From a virus, in the IMG/VR virus record IMGVR_UViG_3300047472_000134, positions 17,517-81,516 of that record: a stretch of 64,000 nt of DNA. One strand, 5' to 3'. The translations under genes and the position numbers were made by a program. Below, one piece after another: positions 17,157-25,515 of the stretch; the stretch's first letter is position 1; every line of letters begins with the position of its first letter. A model generated the notes under the pieces. The model worked only from the letters and a program-made list of their open reading frames with translations. It searched no databases and was not told the DNA's origin.

Positions 17157-17276
17157 ATGATGATCGCCGTATTCAATAACCTCCCCGAGTTGATCCTCGG
17201 GGTCACCTGGTCCGGTGTCGTCTTCGCCGCCGGCCGTCGTTTCGAGCGCTGGAAAGCCAGCCGGAACGCAATCTAA
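17157..17276 (+). CDS. 39-aa single-TM peptide (not in ORF track)
   Basis: MMIAVFNNLPELILGVTWSGVVFAAGRRFERWKASRNAI; AAAGGG upstream. Confidence 0.55.
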   Translation: MMIAVFNNLPELILGVTWSGVVFAAGRRFERWKASRNAI

Positions 17277-17311
17277 CTCACCCCCTCACAAACATCATCA
17301 AGGAGATAAGC

Positions 17312-17767
17312 ATGTTTGGTCTGACTAAGAAAATCATCGGCGCTGCAGCAACCGAAATCAAGGGTGCGAACGGCGAGAACAGCGATGCACTCGAGGCAGC
17401 TTGCGCCGCAGCAGCACTCGCAGCGGCCGGCGACGGTGACATTGGATCCTCGGAGCGCTCCAAGGCTCTCTCGCTTATCAAAAACAACAAGCGTATCGGC
17501 GGCGTCTACAAGGAGTCGGACATCGAGCGTCTGCTGGACCTCTACTTCAAGAAGGCTGAAGACGGTTCTGGCCGCAATGAGCTGGCCCGCGAGCTGGGCG
17601 ACCTGAAGTCCCATCCGAACGCCAAGGTGATGCAGGAAGACTGCTACCTGATTGCCAAGGATGTCTGCACCGACCCGAAGACGGGCGAGATCGACCCGAA
17701 GGAACAGGTGATGCTCGACAAGATCGCCAAGGTTCTCGGCGTCAACCCCGACGACTTCCTGTTCTGA
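17312..17767 (+). CDS. terB: TerB-family protein
   Basis: LEAACAAAAL.A.GDGDI..SE and GEIDPKE...L.KIA..LG motifs. Confidence 0.8.
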   Translation: MFGLTKKIIGAAATEIKGANGENSDALEAACAAAALAAAGDGDIGSSERSKALSLIKNNKRIGGVYKESDIERLLDLYFKKAEDGSGRNELARELGDLKSHPNAKVMQEDCYLIAKDVCTDPKTGEIDPKEQVMLDKIAKVLGVNPDDFLF

Positions 17768-17791
17768 TCCTCCCAATCAGATGACTGCAGC

Positions 17792-17824
17792 AGAGGCCAC
17801 CCGATTGGGTGGCCTCTTTCATTT
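17792..17824 (+). terminator. Hairpin/terminator after terB
   Basis: AGAGGCCACCC-GATT-GGGTGGCCTCT-TTCATTT. Confidence 0.65.
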
Positions 17825-17874
17825 CGAAGCATCGGTGAGAAGTACGACCTGACACCCGCAAACTAGGAGTCACC

Positions 17875-18228
17875 ATGACCCAAAAATTCCGAAAGGGTGA
17901 CATCGTCACCGTCCGCGCCGTCGTAACGACCGTTTACGATCATCACGAGGATACAGTTCTCGCGGACCAAATTAAGATCGAGATCGACGGCACCCACCAG
18001 GGTATCTTCTTGAAGCCGAGCCAGCTCACGATGGAGATCCCATTCTTCGCTCCAGGCGAGCGCGTCCGGACGAAGAGCAGCGTCAAGAACCCGGTCGATG
18101 GCACCGTCATGGCTAACGACGAGGGCCAGGTCTGGGTCAAGTTCGACCACGGCAAGCATGGCACGGTTTCAGCGCTCGAGCTCGAGCCTATCCCTGCGAA
18201 AGTGAGGCCACATGTGGTTGCGGCTTGA
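17875..18228 (+). CDS. Hypothetical protein (tandem SH3/KOW-like)
   Basis: FRKGDIV and FAPGERV repeats; AGGAG RBS. Confidence 0.7.
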   Translation: MTQKFRKGDIVTVRAVVTTVYDHHEDTVLADQIKIEIDGTHQGIFLKPSQLTMEIPFFAPGERVRTKSSVKNPVDGTVMANDEGQVWVKFDHGKHGTVSALELEPIPAKVRPHVVAA

Positions 18229-18589
18229 AACCCTCGAGCTTGAACAGATCGTCACGTCGTTGAGGGTTTCCCTCAACGACAACCAGGACGAGGACAATCG
18301 CAGAGCGATCTACAACTTGATCGAAAAGATCAACGAGACGCCAGATCCCGACACCCACAGCTTCGCCAGCGCGGTCGAGACCAACGATAACTTAGAGGTC
18401 GACGGTGATGTCGTGATCTCTCGTGGCGACGAAGGCGCTTTCGTCATGTCTTGGTCCTGGGTCTCTAACGAGGCAGCAGGCATCGAACCTGAAGCCGACG
18501 CCCAGTGTGAAAACTGCGGCTCCACGGACAACGACGGCTCTGATATCTGCACCGACTGCGGCGGCAAAATTACCAGCGAGGAAGAATGA
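18212..18589 (+). CDS. Hypothetical protein with C-terminal zinc ribbon
   Basis: CENCG...CTDCG. Confidence 0.7.
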   Translation: MWLRLETLELEQIVTSLRVSLNDNQDEDNRRAIYNLIEKINETPDPDTHSFASAVETNDNLEVDGDVVISRGDEGAFVMSWSWVSNEAAGIEPEADAQCENCGSTDNDGSDICTDCGGKITSEEE

Positions 18590-19977
18590 TTACCGGACAC
18601 ACGCTACTCGAATGGGGCTTCCCGAAAGGCCCCGCTTTCAGTGAGGCTCTGGCCTCGGCGCAGTTTATGGAACGGCAGGGCAGGGGGCTTGAGGATATCA
18701 AGTTCATCATCATGACGCAGGCACCAAAAGTACCCGACGTCATCGAGCTCCGCACCAACTCGATACCGTTCGCTCGCTTCCTGGAAGCCGAGACCGACGA
18801 TGAGATGCTGAACAAGATCTCGGTCGTGACCCACATGGACGCTCTGCTGCGGACGCCCACGATTGAGCGTGCCGCGATCATGCCCGACGCCTGCCCAGCA
18901 GGAAGTGTCATGGGGACCATCCCTGTCGGTGGTGTCGTCGCCACGAAGGACGCAATCCACCCTGGCTTCCACTCGGCCGACATCTGCTGCTCGATGGCCA
19001 TCTCGGTCTTCAGACGCAACGATGACGTGAGTAAGGTGCTGGATGCGGCCATGAAGGTCACTCACTTCGGACCTGGTGGCCGGCCGATCATGATTTGGCA
19101 CGATCGACAGCTCAATCAGCTGATCGATAAGTTCGCCGCGAACCCGTTCCTTGCTGGTCTGGAGCGCTATGCCACCGAGCACTTCGGCACGTCTGGCGAT
19201 GGGAATCATTTCCTATACGTTGGCGAAATCGAAAGCACTGGTGAGATGGCGGTCGTCACCCACCATGGCTCTCGCGGCCTCGGCGCTCAGCTCTACAAGC
19301 GAGGCAAGGCAGCTGCAGAACGCCACACCAAAATCCACGCTCCTCGGGTTCCGGCTCACAACGCCTGGATCAAGGCCGAGAGCAAGATGGGTGAGGACTA
19401 CTGGGCGGCGCTCCAGATCATCCGCCAGTGGACGAAGCTGAGCCATGCTGCGATCCATCGCGAGCTTGGCCTGGAGATCGGTAACGCGATCAAGGACCAG
19501 TTCTGGAACGAGCACAACTTTGTCTTCCAACGTACCGATGGTCTCTTCTACCACGCCAAGGGCGCCACGCCGAGTTTCAAGGGCTACGCCGCCGACGACG
19601 AGGGGATGACACTCATCCCCCTCAACATGTCCCAGCCGATCCTGATGACCCGCCACGCGAACAACGAGCAGGCTTTGGGCTTCGCACCACATGGCGCCGG
19701 CCGGAACCTCTCACGGACCAACCACATCAAGCGTCTGAGAGCAGAGTTTGGTGAACTCGGTCCTGGAGAGATCGCTGAAATCATGGAACGCGAAACCAAG
19801 GGGCTCGACGTCCGCTTCTACACCGGCAAGCCGGATGTCTCGGAGCTACCATCTGCCTACAAGGACGCGGACCAGGTTCGTGCTCAGATCGAGAAGAACA
19901 ACTTGGCTGAGATCGTCGACGTGATCCACCCGCGGGGCTCAATCATGGCCGGCAATACCGCTTGGAAGAGAAGATAG
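18586..19977 (+). CDS. rtcB: RtcB-family RNA ligase
   Basis: MPDAC, IPVG, DICC, GNHF, HHGSRG, HNF, KGATP, HGAGR, ELPSAYK motifs. Confidence 0.93.
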   Translation: MITGHTLLEWGFPKGPAFSEALASAQFMERQGRGLEDIKFIIMTQAPKVPDVIELRTNSIPFARFLEAETDDEMLNKISVVTHMDALLRTPTIERAAIMPDACPAGSVMGTIPVGGVVATKDAIHPGFHSADICCSMAISVFRRNDDVSKVLDAAMKVTHFGPGGRPIMIWHDRQLNQLIDKFAANPFLAGLERYATEHFGTSGDGNHFLYVGEIESTGEMAVVTHHGSRGLGAQLYKRGKAAAERHTKIHAPRVPAHNAWIKAESKMGEDYWAALQIIRQWTKLSHAAIHRELGLEIGNAIKDQFWNEHNFVFQRTDGLFYHAKGATPSFKGYAADDEGMTLIPLNMSQPILMTRHANNEQALGFAPHGAGRNLSRTNHIKRLRAEFGELGPGEIAEIMERETKGLDVRFYTGKPDVSELPSAYKDADQVRAQIEKNNLAEIVDVIHPRGSIMAGNTAWKRR

Positions 19978-19979
19978 CG

Positions 19980-20234
19980 ATGGCCGAGACAAACGTTGAA
20001 ATCCAACAACGAACGATTGTCGTCGAGACTACCAAGACAGTCTCGGTGTTGAGCGTGAGATATGACCCGGCAGAAGTCGACAAGATCCTTCTGAATTACG
20101 CTCTCGCAAACGAGCTACCTAGACTCGGGTTGGAATCTCACGAGCAGCTGGAAACCAAAGTCGAGGCCCACGTCGACTACTACAATGAAGAACACGAGGG
20201 CTTCACCGTCGAGATCGTCTTCGAAGGTCAATGA
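19980..20234 (+). CDS. Hypothetical protein
   Basis: ORF directly after rtcB. Confidence 0.6.
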   Translation: MAETNVEIQQRTIVVETTKTVSVLSVRYDPAEVDKILLNYALANELPRLGLESHEQLETKVEAHVDYYNEEHEGFTVEIVFEGQ

Positions 20235-20539
20235 CCGTTCTAGCCAACGGCTTCACCTTCTCGCAGGAGGTGGAGCTCTGCGAACTCTACTGGCCTGGCC
20301 AGCTGGCGCGTAGGCGCACCGGCAAGTCCCGCCGCAATCTCCGAAAAGCAGCCGCCCACAAGTGCCTGACAGATTTCAATCTGCTTCGGGGGCTCACCTG
20401 TGGGAACTGCGTCCACCGCCGGGGCAACATCTGCGAACTGACCTCGGACTTCTACGGCAACACCACCATCAAGAAGGAAGACACATGTCTAGGCCACTCT
20501 CCGAGAGAATTGCCGACAAACTCAACACCATCCAGTTGA
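20231..20539 (+). CDS. Cys-rich hypothetical protein
   Basis: ATGA overlap; CGNCVH...C...C. Confidence 0.6.
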   Translation: MTVLANGFTFSQEVELCELYWPGQLARRRTGKSRRNLRKAAAHKCLTDFNLLRGLTCGNCVHRRGNICELTSDFYGNTTIKKEDTCLGHSPRELPTNSTPSS

Positions 20540-20706
20540 GACGGTTACGACCGGAGCCGCCAGAAGCGCGGCTGCTCGATCCTATCCACGCCATTCAGTT
20601 CGCTATCCAGGCCGACGAGGGGATCGAGTTCCTCCGTAGCTGGAACCAAGGCGACTGGCAGACCTGTGCCCTTTACTGGCCCGAATGGCTGACCTTCAAT
20701 CCCTGA
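20485..20706 (+). CDS. Hypothetical protein
   Basis: AAGGA RBS; EGIEFLRSW..GD...WPE. Confidence 0.65.
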   Translation: MSRPLSERIADKLNTIQLRRLRPEPPEARLLDPIHAIQFAIQADEGIEFLRSWNQGDWQTCALYWPEWLTFNP

Positions 20707-20717
20707 GAGGAAATCCC

Positions 20718-20972
20718 ATGAGAATTTCGATCGTCGCCACTCTGGCGACTGGCATGCTCGCGAGCTGCTGCACCCTTCCGTACTCGACCATCCAGAAGGG
20801 TGAGCATCAGATCCCAGGCCATCCTTACAAGACGGCCGATAACTGCGAGCGCCGAGCGCCGATCGGCAAGTTCGACGCCAAGTGTGACATCCCGCTTGTC
20901 GGTTTCCGCAACTTCGCTGAGCCGTCGATCTCGACCGGCGCCGGAAGTGTCGGGGGCTCGTTCAACTTCTGA
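20718..20972 (+). CDS. Putative lipoprotein
   Basis: GAGG RBS; signal peptide with LASC lipobox. Confidence 0.6.
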   Translation: MRISIVATLATGMLASCCTLPYSTIQKGEHQIPGHPYKTADNCERRAPIGKFDAKCDIPLVGFRNFAEPSISTGAGSVGGSFNF

Positions 20973-21370
20973 TGAGACGCAAATCAAAGCTCTCCATCGA
21001 CGAGCTGGAGGCCGACGAGATCAAGCTCAAGGTTCGGCTCGCTCGGATCAAGGATGAGTTGGAGGTGACGCAGGGTCTGCTTCACCTCCACTACCGAGAC
21101 CTCACCAAGCTGGTCGGGCGCACTGCCCGATCGGATCGCGTTCCAGGCGGGATCATCATCCAAGATGTGACCTTCAAGACCTGGGATCGCCGCACTCCAC
21201 AGTCCGTGAGCGGTTACCGCCTAGACGGCGGCACCTCATGGACGACCATCCCCGTCACATCATCAGGGTACCAGGTCCATGACACTCACCCAACGAGCCA
21301 TGCTCCATTCCCGCCAGGGTTTCTTGGCCGAGCTGCGCCAAGCATCAGCAGCCCGTTACCTGCACGGTGA
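20972..21370 (+). CDS. Hypothetical protein
   Basis: TGATG coupling. Confidence 0.6.
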   Translation: MRRKSKLSIDELEADEIKLKVRLARIKDELEVTQGLLHLHYRDLTKLVGRTARSDRVPGGIIIQDVTFKTWDRRTPQSVSGYRLDGGTSWTTIPVTSSGYQVHDTHPTSHAPFPPGFLGRAAPSISSPLPAR

Positions 21371-21485
21371 CCGCCAAGGTCAGCAGCAGATTGGTCAAAC
21401 CATCATCGGCTTAGAAGCCGGCCAGGAGATCGAGAATGATTGGACCCTGGCAATCGCGAAAAGGTTTCTGCATGGCGTATCCTAA
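21279..21485 (+). CDS. Hypothetical protein
   Basis: AGGT RBS; coupled to next gene. Confidence 0.55.
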   Translation: MTLTQRAMLHSRQGFLAELRQASAARYLHGDRQGQQQIGQTIIGLEAGQEIENDWTLAIAKRFLHGVS

Positions 21486-21771
21486 GCACATGTCGATTGT
21501 TGAACAGACGATCGTTTCAAAAATCATACTCTTGGCGCTCGAGAAAGCCTACACGGTCTCTGTCTTTGATGGCATGGCCTGGGCTCTCAAACGGTCAACC
21601 GACTTCGAAGCGATCACCGCTGAAGTCAACGCCACAGATCTGACGGAACTCATCTTCCACTCGGCTGCTGACCAGTCACGGATCGGGGGCGTGACGCTCA
21701 TCCATGGCAACGACGAAGACGTCATTCACGACTACTCCGACAATCCCAGGACCACAGAGCTTTGTTCATGA
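21472..21771 (+). CDS. Hypothetical protein (...LIHGND.DVI.DYSDN)
   Basis: AAGG RBS; motif pattern common in phage proteins. Confidence 0.7.
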   Translation: MAYPKHMSIVEQTIVSKIILLALEKAYTVSVFDGMAWALKRSTDFEAITAEVNATDLTELIFHSAADQSRIGGVTLIHGNDEDVIHDYSDNPRTTELCS

Positions 21772-21947
21772 TTTTCGTGATCGCTCCAGGTACTGGCGAA
21801 CTTGTCCCAAAACGGGACGTAACTCAGATGCGCCTCCCCCTTCGAACAGGGTGGGACGGCTGGGCGGTCAAGGATAAGTCAACCGGCCAGCTCCACAAAT
21901 TCCGCACTTACAGACGGCTGAAAGCCTTCCTGAAAGAGCACGTTTAA
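21768..21947 (+). CDS. Small hypothetical protein
   Basis: ATGA overlap; terminator follows. Confidence 0.5.
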   Translation: MIFVIAPGTGELVPKRDVTQMRLPLRTGWDGWAVKDKSTGQLHKFRTYRRLKAFLKEHV

Positions 21948-21969
21948 CACGACCAAATCTCGTCAATTC

Positions 21970-21995
21970 AACCCGCCCCTGAGGCGGGTTTTTTT
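21970..21995 (+). terminator. Intrinsic terminator
   Basis: AACCCGCC-CCTGA-GGCGGGTT-TTTTT. Confidence 0.85.
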
Positions 21996-22012
21996 ATGTC
22001 GATAGGATCTCG

Positions 22013-22750
22013 ATGAACTTCAGCCTGACGAAAATCAGCAGAAATCAAAAGCTTGGCCCTATGCCGGCCGCAACCTCAGCTCGATCAACCTGCCCGACCT
22101 CTTGCCCACTTAAAGGGGCAGGCGGCTGCTACGCCGAGCATGGCCCAATGGCCATATTCTGGGGCAAGGTTGATCGTGGTGAGGCTGGCACTAACTTTGA
22201 CGTCTTTGTTAAGGAAGTCGAGCAGCTGCCACGTCGCCAAATGTGGCGCTACGGTCAGGCTGGAGACCTTCCTGGCGAAGGAGATTTGATCGACCGCGAG
22301 CAGATGTTAAGACTCGCAAAAGCAAACCGTGGTAGACCTGTCATAGCTTTCACGCATAAGCCTATAACAGACGAAAACCTTGAGACACTGCAGCTCGCCC
22401 AGAGGTTAGGTTTCAGTGTCAACTTGTCGGCGAATAACGTTGATCACGCCGATGAACTGGCTGTCCACGGACTGAATGTTGTGGTTGTTTTGCCTAGTGA
22501 GTACGAAAAGCTTTCATCGGAAACGATGACAGAGTATCGGGCTAGATTGAACCAATTACCGAAACGAACACCAGCAGGGCAGAGGATCGCTGTCTGCCCC
22601 GCTACTTACACGGAGACCACATGCCATCAGTGCGGCGTCTGCGCGAGTACCGAGAAGAGGTCAGCTGTCATCGGGTTTCCAGCACACGGGACCAAGAAGC
22701 GACAGGTCTCGACTATGGCCCGAAGGTTAGAACCTGTGCCGGCTGGATAA
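22013..22750 (+). CDS. GP88-like Cys-cluster (radical-SAM-like) protein
   Basis: N.KLG, CPTSC...GCYA, R...AGD, CPA...CHQCGVC...F.AHG. Confidence 0.7.
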   Translation: MNFSLTKISRNQKLGPMPAATSARSTCPTSCPLKGAGGCYAEHGPMAIFWGKVDRGEAGTNFDVFVKEVEQLPRRQMWRYGQAGDLPGEGDLIDREQMLRLAKANRGRPVIAFTHKPITDENLETLQLAQRLGFSVNLSANNVDHADELAVHGLNVVVVLPSEYEKLSSETMTEYRARLNQLPKRTPAGQRIAVCPATYTETTCHQCGVCASTEKRSAVIGFPAHGTKKRQVSTMARRLEPVPAG

Positions 22751-22766
22751 GAAGGAGATTAGGGGA

Positions 22767-22997
22767 ATGTTACACATGAGTGTCTTCATTCAGCCAGAGG
22801 TGGCCGCGGCCATACTGGACGTCATAGATGAGCTCTCGTCCGAGATCGACCTCTATTACGAAGACGACAACCTCGCAGCTGCAACACCCGCCTTCACCAA
22901 AATGGAGAAGCTGGTGAAGATGCTGGAGTCCGCCGGCTACACCGCACCGGACAGCTACCATCACATCATAGGCCGATATCGAAAGTTTGTGAACTAG
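22767..22997 (+). CDS. Hypothetical protein
   Basis: AGGAG/GGGG upstream; 76 aa. Confidence 0.6.
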   Translation: MLHMSVFIQPEVAAAILDVIDELSSEIDLYYEDDNLAAATPAFTKMEKLVKMLESAGYTAPDSYHHIIGRYRKFVN

Positions 22998-23069
22998 GAA
23001 TTTATTCCTTGCTCGCTGCCCGCCTCCCATGTAGAACAAATCGTGTCCAACAGACAGGGGGTGGAAAAA

Positions 23070-23278
23070 ATGTCGTCTAAGAAAAACCCACTATTGCATG
23101 ATTTTCAAATCGCCGTTATAGAGCCGTTCGCCCCCAAGGTTACGAAATGTTAATCACTTCGGGACCGCTCATATCGGACTTCGTGATCGCTGCAATGACT
23201 AAAAACATCGAAGAATATCAACGTCGTAGCGTCGAACGTCTTGACCGACTTTTGTCGGAGGAGGCAAAGGGCATCTAA
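23070..23278 (+). pseudogene. Possible frameshifted small gene
   Basis: 27-codon ORF plus an overlapping -1 frame joined near a C5 run; promoter TTGCTC-17-TAGAAC upstream. Confidence 0.3.
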
Positions 23279-23298
23279 GAGCCCCCATTAGTTGGCCC

Positions 23299-23748
23299 TT
23301 GGCTAACGGCATTGATGAATGTGCTCGCTCTGCGGGTGATCAGGCCGTGAAGAAGGGAAAACGATTGGATTATAAACAACTCGAGCGACTGAACCTGGCG
23401 GTGGCACGGTTCCGGGAATTGTACCCGGACGCCCCATTACTCACGTTCCAAGTCTTTCTCGATGTCGCGTTACATCCAGGGACATCGTCCGTGGATTTGA
23501 TACGCAGAACAGGCGCGTCTCAATCCGCCATCAGTAGACATTTGGTCTTGCTTTCGACCTGGACTTGGCAGGGCACACGGCCGAGTCTTGAACTAATCGA
23601 AATGCGACCGAACACATCCGCGAGGAAGGTTCCTTTTCTGACGCAGAAAGGGGTCGGCTTGGCGTGTGCTTTGATGAAGACAGTAGAGCCTGAACTGACG
23701 ATAACAGCAGCCGATTTCGCAACCCACTTAGCGAAGGCCGACCACTGA
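23299..23748 (+). CDS. MarR-like winged-helix protein (start uncertain)
   Basis: QVFL.VA..PG....L....G.SQSAISRHL..L...LT.KG. Confidence 0.75.
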   Translation: MANGIDECARSAGDQAVKKGKRLDYKQLERLNLAVARFRELYPDAPLLTFQVFLDVALHPGTSSVDLIRRTGASQSAISRHLVLLSTWTWQGTRPSLELIEMRPNTSARKVPFLTQKGVGLACALMKTVEPELTITAADFATHLAKADH

Positions 23749-23873
23749 GGAGGAGTTGAATGAAGCATTGATACCAATGAATTCAGACTGAGTTGAATCA
23801 GTCGAGGGGTGAAAAATCAATCATTCGTCGCCATCTCCAGGGTCAGGAACCGGATGGCTTACAAGGAACGTTT

Positions 23874-24311
23874 ATGACGACCAATACCGCATGGCATGCC
23901 GCCGCCCTCTATGATATCGAGAACACCAGCCTAACGGTGGCCGAGATCGCAACGAAATATGGGCGGTCCAGCAGTACGATCGATAAGCTCATCTTCACGA
24001 GCGGTGTCGTTCGCAAGTACCCAAATACCCGCCGCGGTCCAAAGCGCCGAGAGAATGGTCTCCCGCTCTCGCGTGAACACGTAGCGCTTGGCATTCGCCT
24101 TGGCATGGCTCGAGGGGTCGAGAAGCCACAGGTGTATGCTGATCGTCTAGGTGTCAGCCCGATCGTCTTGGCCAACATGGAAGCTGGCCTCCACGATTTT
24201 CAACTCAGCCAGATCCTCAAGATCTCGGCAATGATCGGCCAGCCGATTGGCGAGCTGATCCAATCCTTCGACAAGAACCTGTATCAAGGGAGAACGAATG
24301 CCCGTAATTAA
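23874..24311 (+). CDS. HTH protein with C-terminal XRE domain
   Basis: AAGGA RBS; ADRLGVS...LANMEAG.HD..LS...KI. Confidence 0.7.
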   Translation: MTTNTAWHAAALYDIENTSLTVAEIATKYGRSSSTIDKLIFTSGVVRKYPNTRRGPKRRENGLPLSREHVALGIRLGMARGVEKPQVYADRLGVSPIVLANMEAGLHDFQLSQILKISAMIGQPIGELIQSFDKNLYQGRTNARN

Positions 24312-24513
24312 AAGTCACGAGGAATACTTCCAGATTGTGCGGGAGTTCAATTTAGCTCCCCAGTGGCGCCAGGAACTCCTGATCACGGGGTTTCTGCTGA
24401 CTAAGTGCAAAGACATGCAGCCGATGAATGTTCGGCTTCGACTTCAGCGATTTTGGGACAGACAGGCACATCGACTCGGCGTGAGCGTCGGGGAGTTGAA
24501 GACCTGGAGCTGA
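24298..24513 (+). CDS. Hypothetical protein
   Basis: GGGAG RBS. Confidence 0.6.
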   Translation: MPVIKSHEEYFQIVREFNLAPQWRQELLITGFLLTKCKDMQPMNVRLRLQRFWDRQAHRLGVSVGELKTWS

Positions 24514-24531
24514 GCTCCCATATCTACCACT

Positions 24532-24726
24532 ATGCAAACGAAAACACAATTTATACAACGCCGCGACGAGCTTCTAGCAGAGGCGAACCGCGACGGCGTT
24601 TGGGATTCCAAACGCTATGATGAGATCCAGGATCTCATGAAGAGGATCGACTTAGTCCCTGACGACCCGATCCCAGATCAGCAAGAGTTGGACCTCCCAG
24701 AGGTCAAGCCAAAGAAGGCCCGATAG
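24532..24726 (+). CDS. Hypothetical protein
   Basis: 64 aa; terminator follows. Confidence 0.55.
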   Translation: MQTKTQFIQRRDELLAEANRDGVWDSKRYDEIQDLMKRIDLVPDDPIPDQQELDLPEVKPKKAR

Positions 24727-24750
24727 AAGTTCTATCGGGCCTTTTCTTTT
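24715..24750 (+). terminator. Intrinsic terminator
   Basis: AAGGCCCGATAGA-AGT-TCTATCGGGCCTT-TTCTTTT. Confidence 0.85.
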
Positions 24751-24865
24751 GCCCAGCGGACGGTGGCACATAACATCCGCAACTAGGGTCGGGGTTTCGG
24801 ACCTTTCTCCTGATGACCTGGTCGTCTAGCTCGGACGTGAAACGAGCTTTCTCTCTCTAAAGGAT

Positions 24866-25189
24866 ATGAAAATGAGAATACTCTTTGAGGTTCTCGAGCG
24901 CGATCGCTTTGAGATCTACGATCCTTGCATCCCCGCAGCAGCCGAAACGGCGAAGATCATTGCCGAGAGTGCGACATATGACACTCTGCGGATCCTGAAA
25001 TTCTGCCCTGCCACACTGGCGATCATAGATATGACCGCCGAGATGTACGAGGAGTACCGTGGCGACCACAGTGAGGACGCGCCACTGTGGGTTAAGTTGC
25101 AGTCCGATTTTGATATCCGGGCTGCAGAAGAGGCCAAAGACGCACGCGACTGGCAGCGTCATGTGAAGAGCCTTAGTCGTGCAGCTTAG
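24866..25189 (+). CDS. Hypothetical protein
   Basis: AAGGA RBS; 107 aa. Confidence 0.65.
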   Translation: MKMRILFEVLERDRFEIYDPCIPAAAETAKIIAESATYDTLRILKFCPATLAIIDMTAEMYEEYRGDHSEDAPLWVKLQSDFDIRAAEEAKDARDWQRHVKSLSRAA

Positions 25190-25502
25190 CGGCCTTGGAC
25201 TTCAACTCGGAGACGGGCATCGTCCGACCTTTCGAGAGGTTGCCCCTCTTTTTGATGAACCGGCGAGGGTTCAATTTTCCCTCTTCGTCGGTGAGCGCAT
25301 CAGCCAATCTAGTTGGCAAGAACCCAAGCGTGTTCAGTTTAAAAACGTCTTCGACAAGCCGATCGAAGATCTCAAGCGCTTCATTCCGTTCTATCACAAT
25401 CTGCTCCTGAATAGCGGCCTGCTCGAGCTCAGCTCTCTGCTGCTGAAGCACTGCGATCTTCTGATCGAGATCTACCAGCTTAGACAAACTGTCTGGCTTC
25501 AT
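25173..25502 (-). CDS. Coiled-coil protein with basic C-terminus
   Basis: AGGAG 8 nt before ATG on the - strand; divergent from the helicase. Confidence 0.65.
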   Translation of the reverse strand: MKPDSLSKLVDLDQKIAVLQQQRAELEQAAIQEQIVIERNEALEIFDRLVEDVFKLNTLGFLPTRLADALTDEEGKLNPRRFIKKRGNLSKGRTMPVSELKSKAAKLHD

Positions 25503-25515
25503 TATGGAAACTCCT

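Noticed and set aside
24810-24848. Hammerhead ribozyme (CTGATGA...GAAAC)
   Set aside because: Stem II cannot close (C opposite T) and there is no stem III with an NUH cleavage triplet; a simple hairpin explains the sequence
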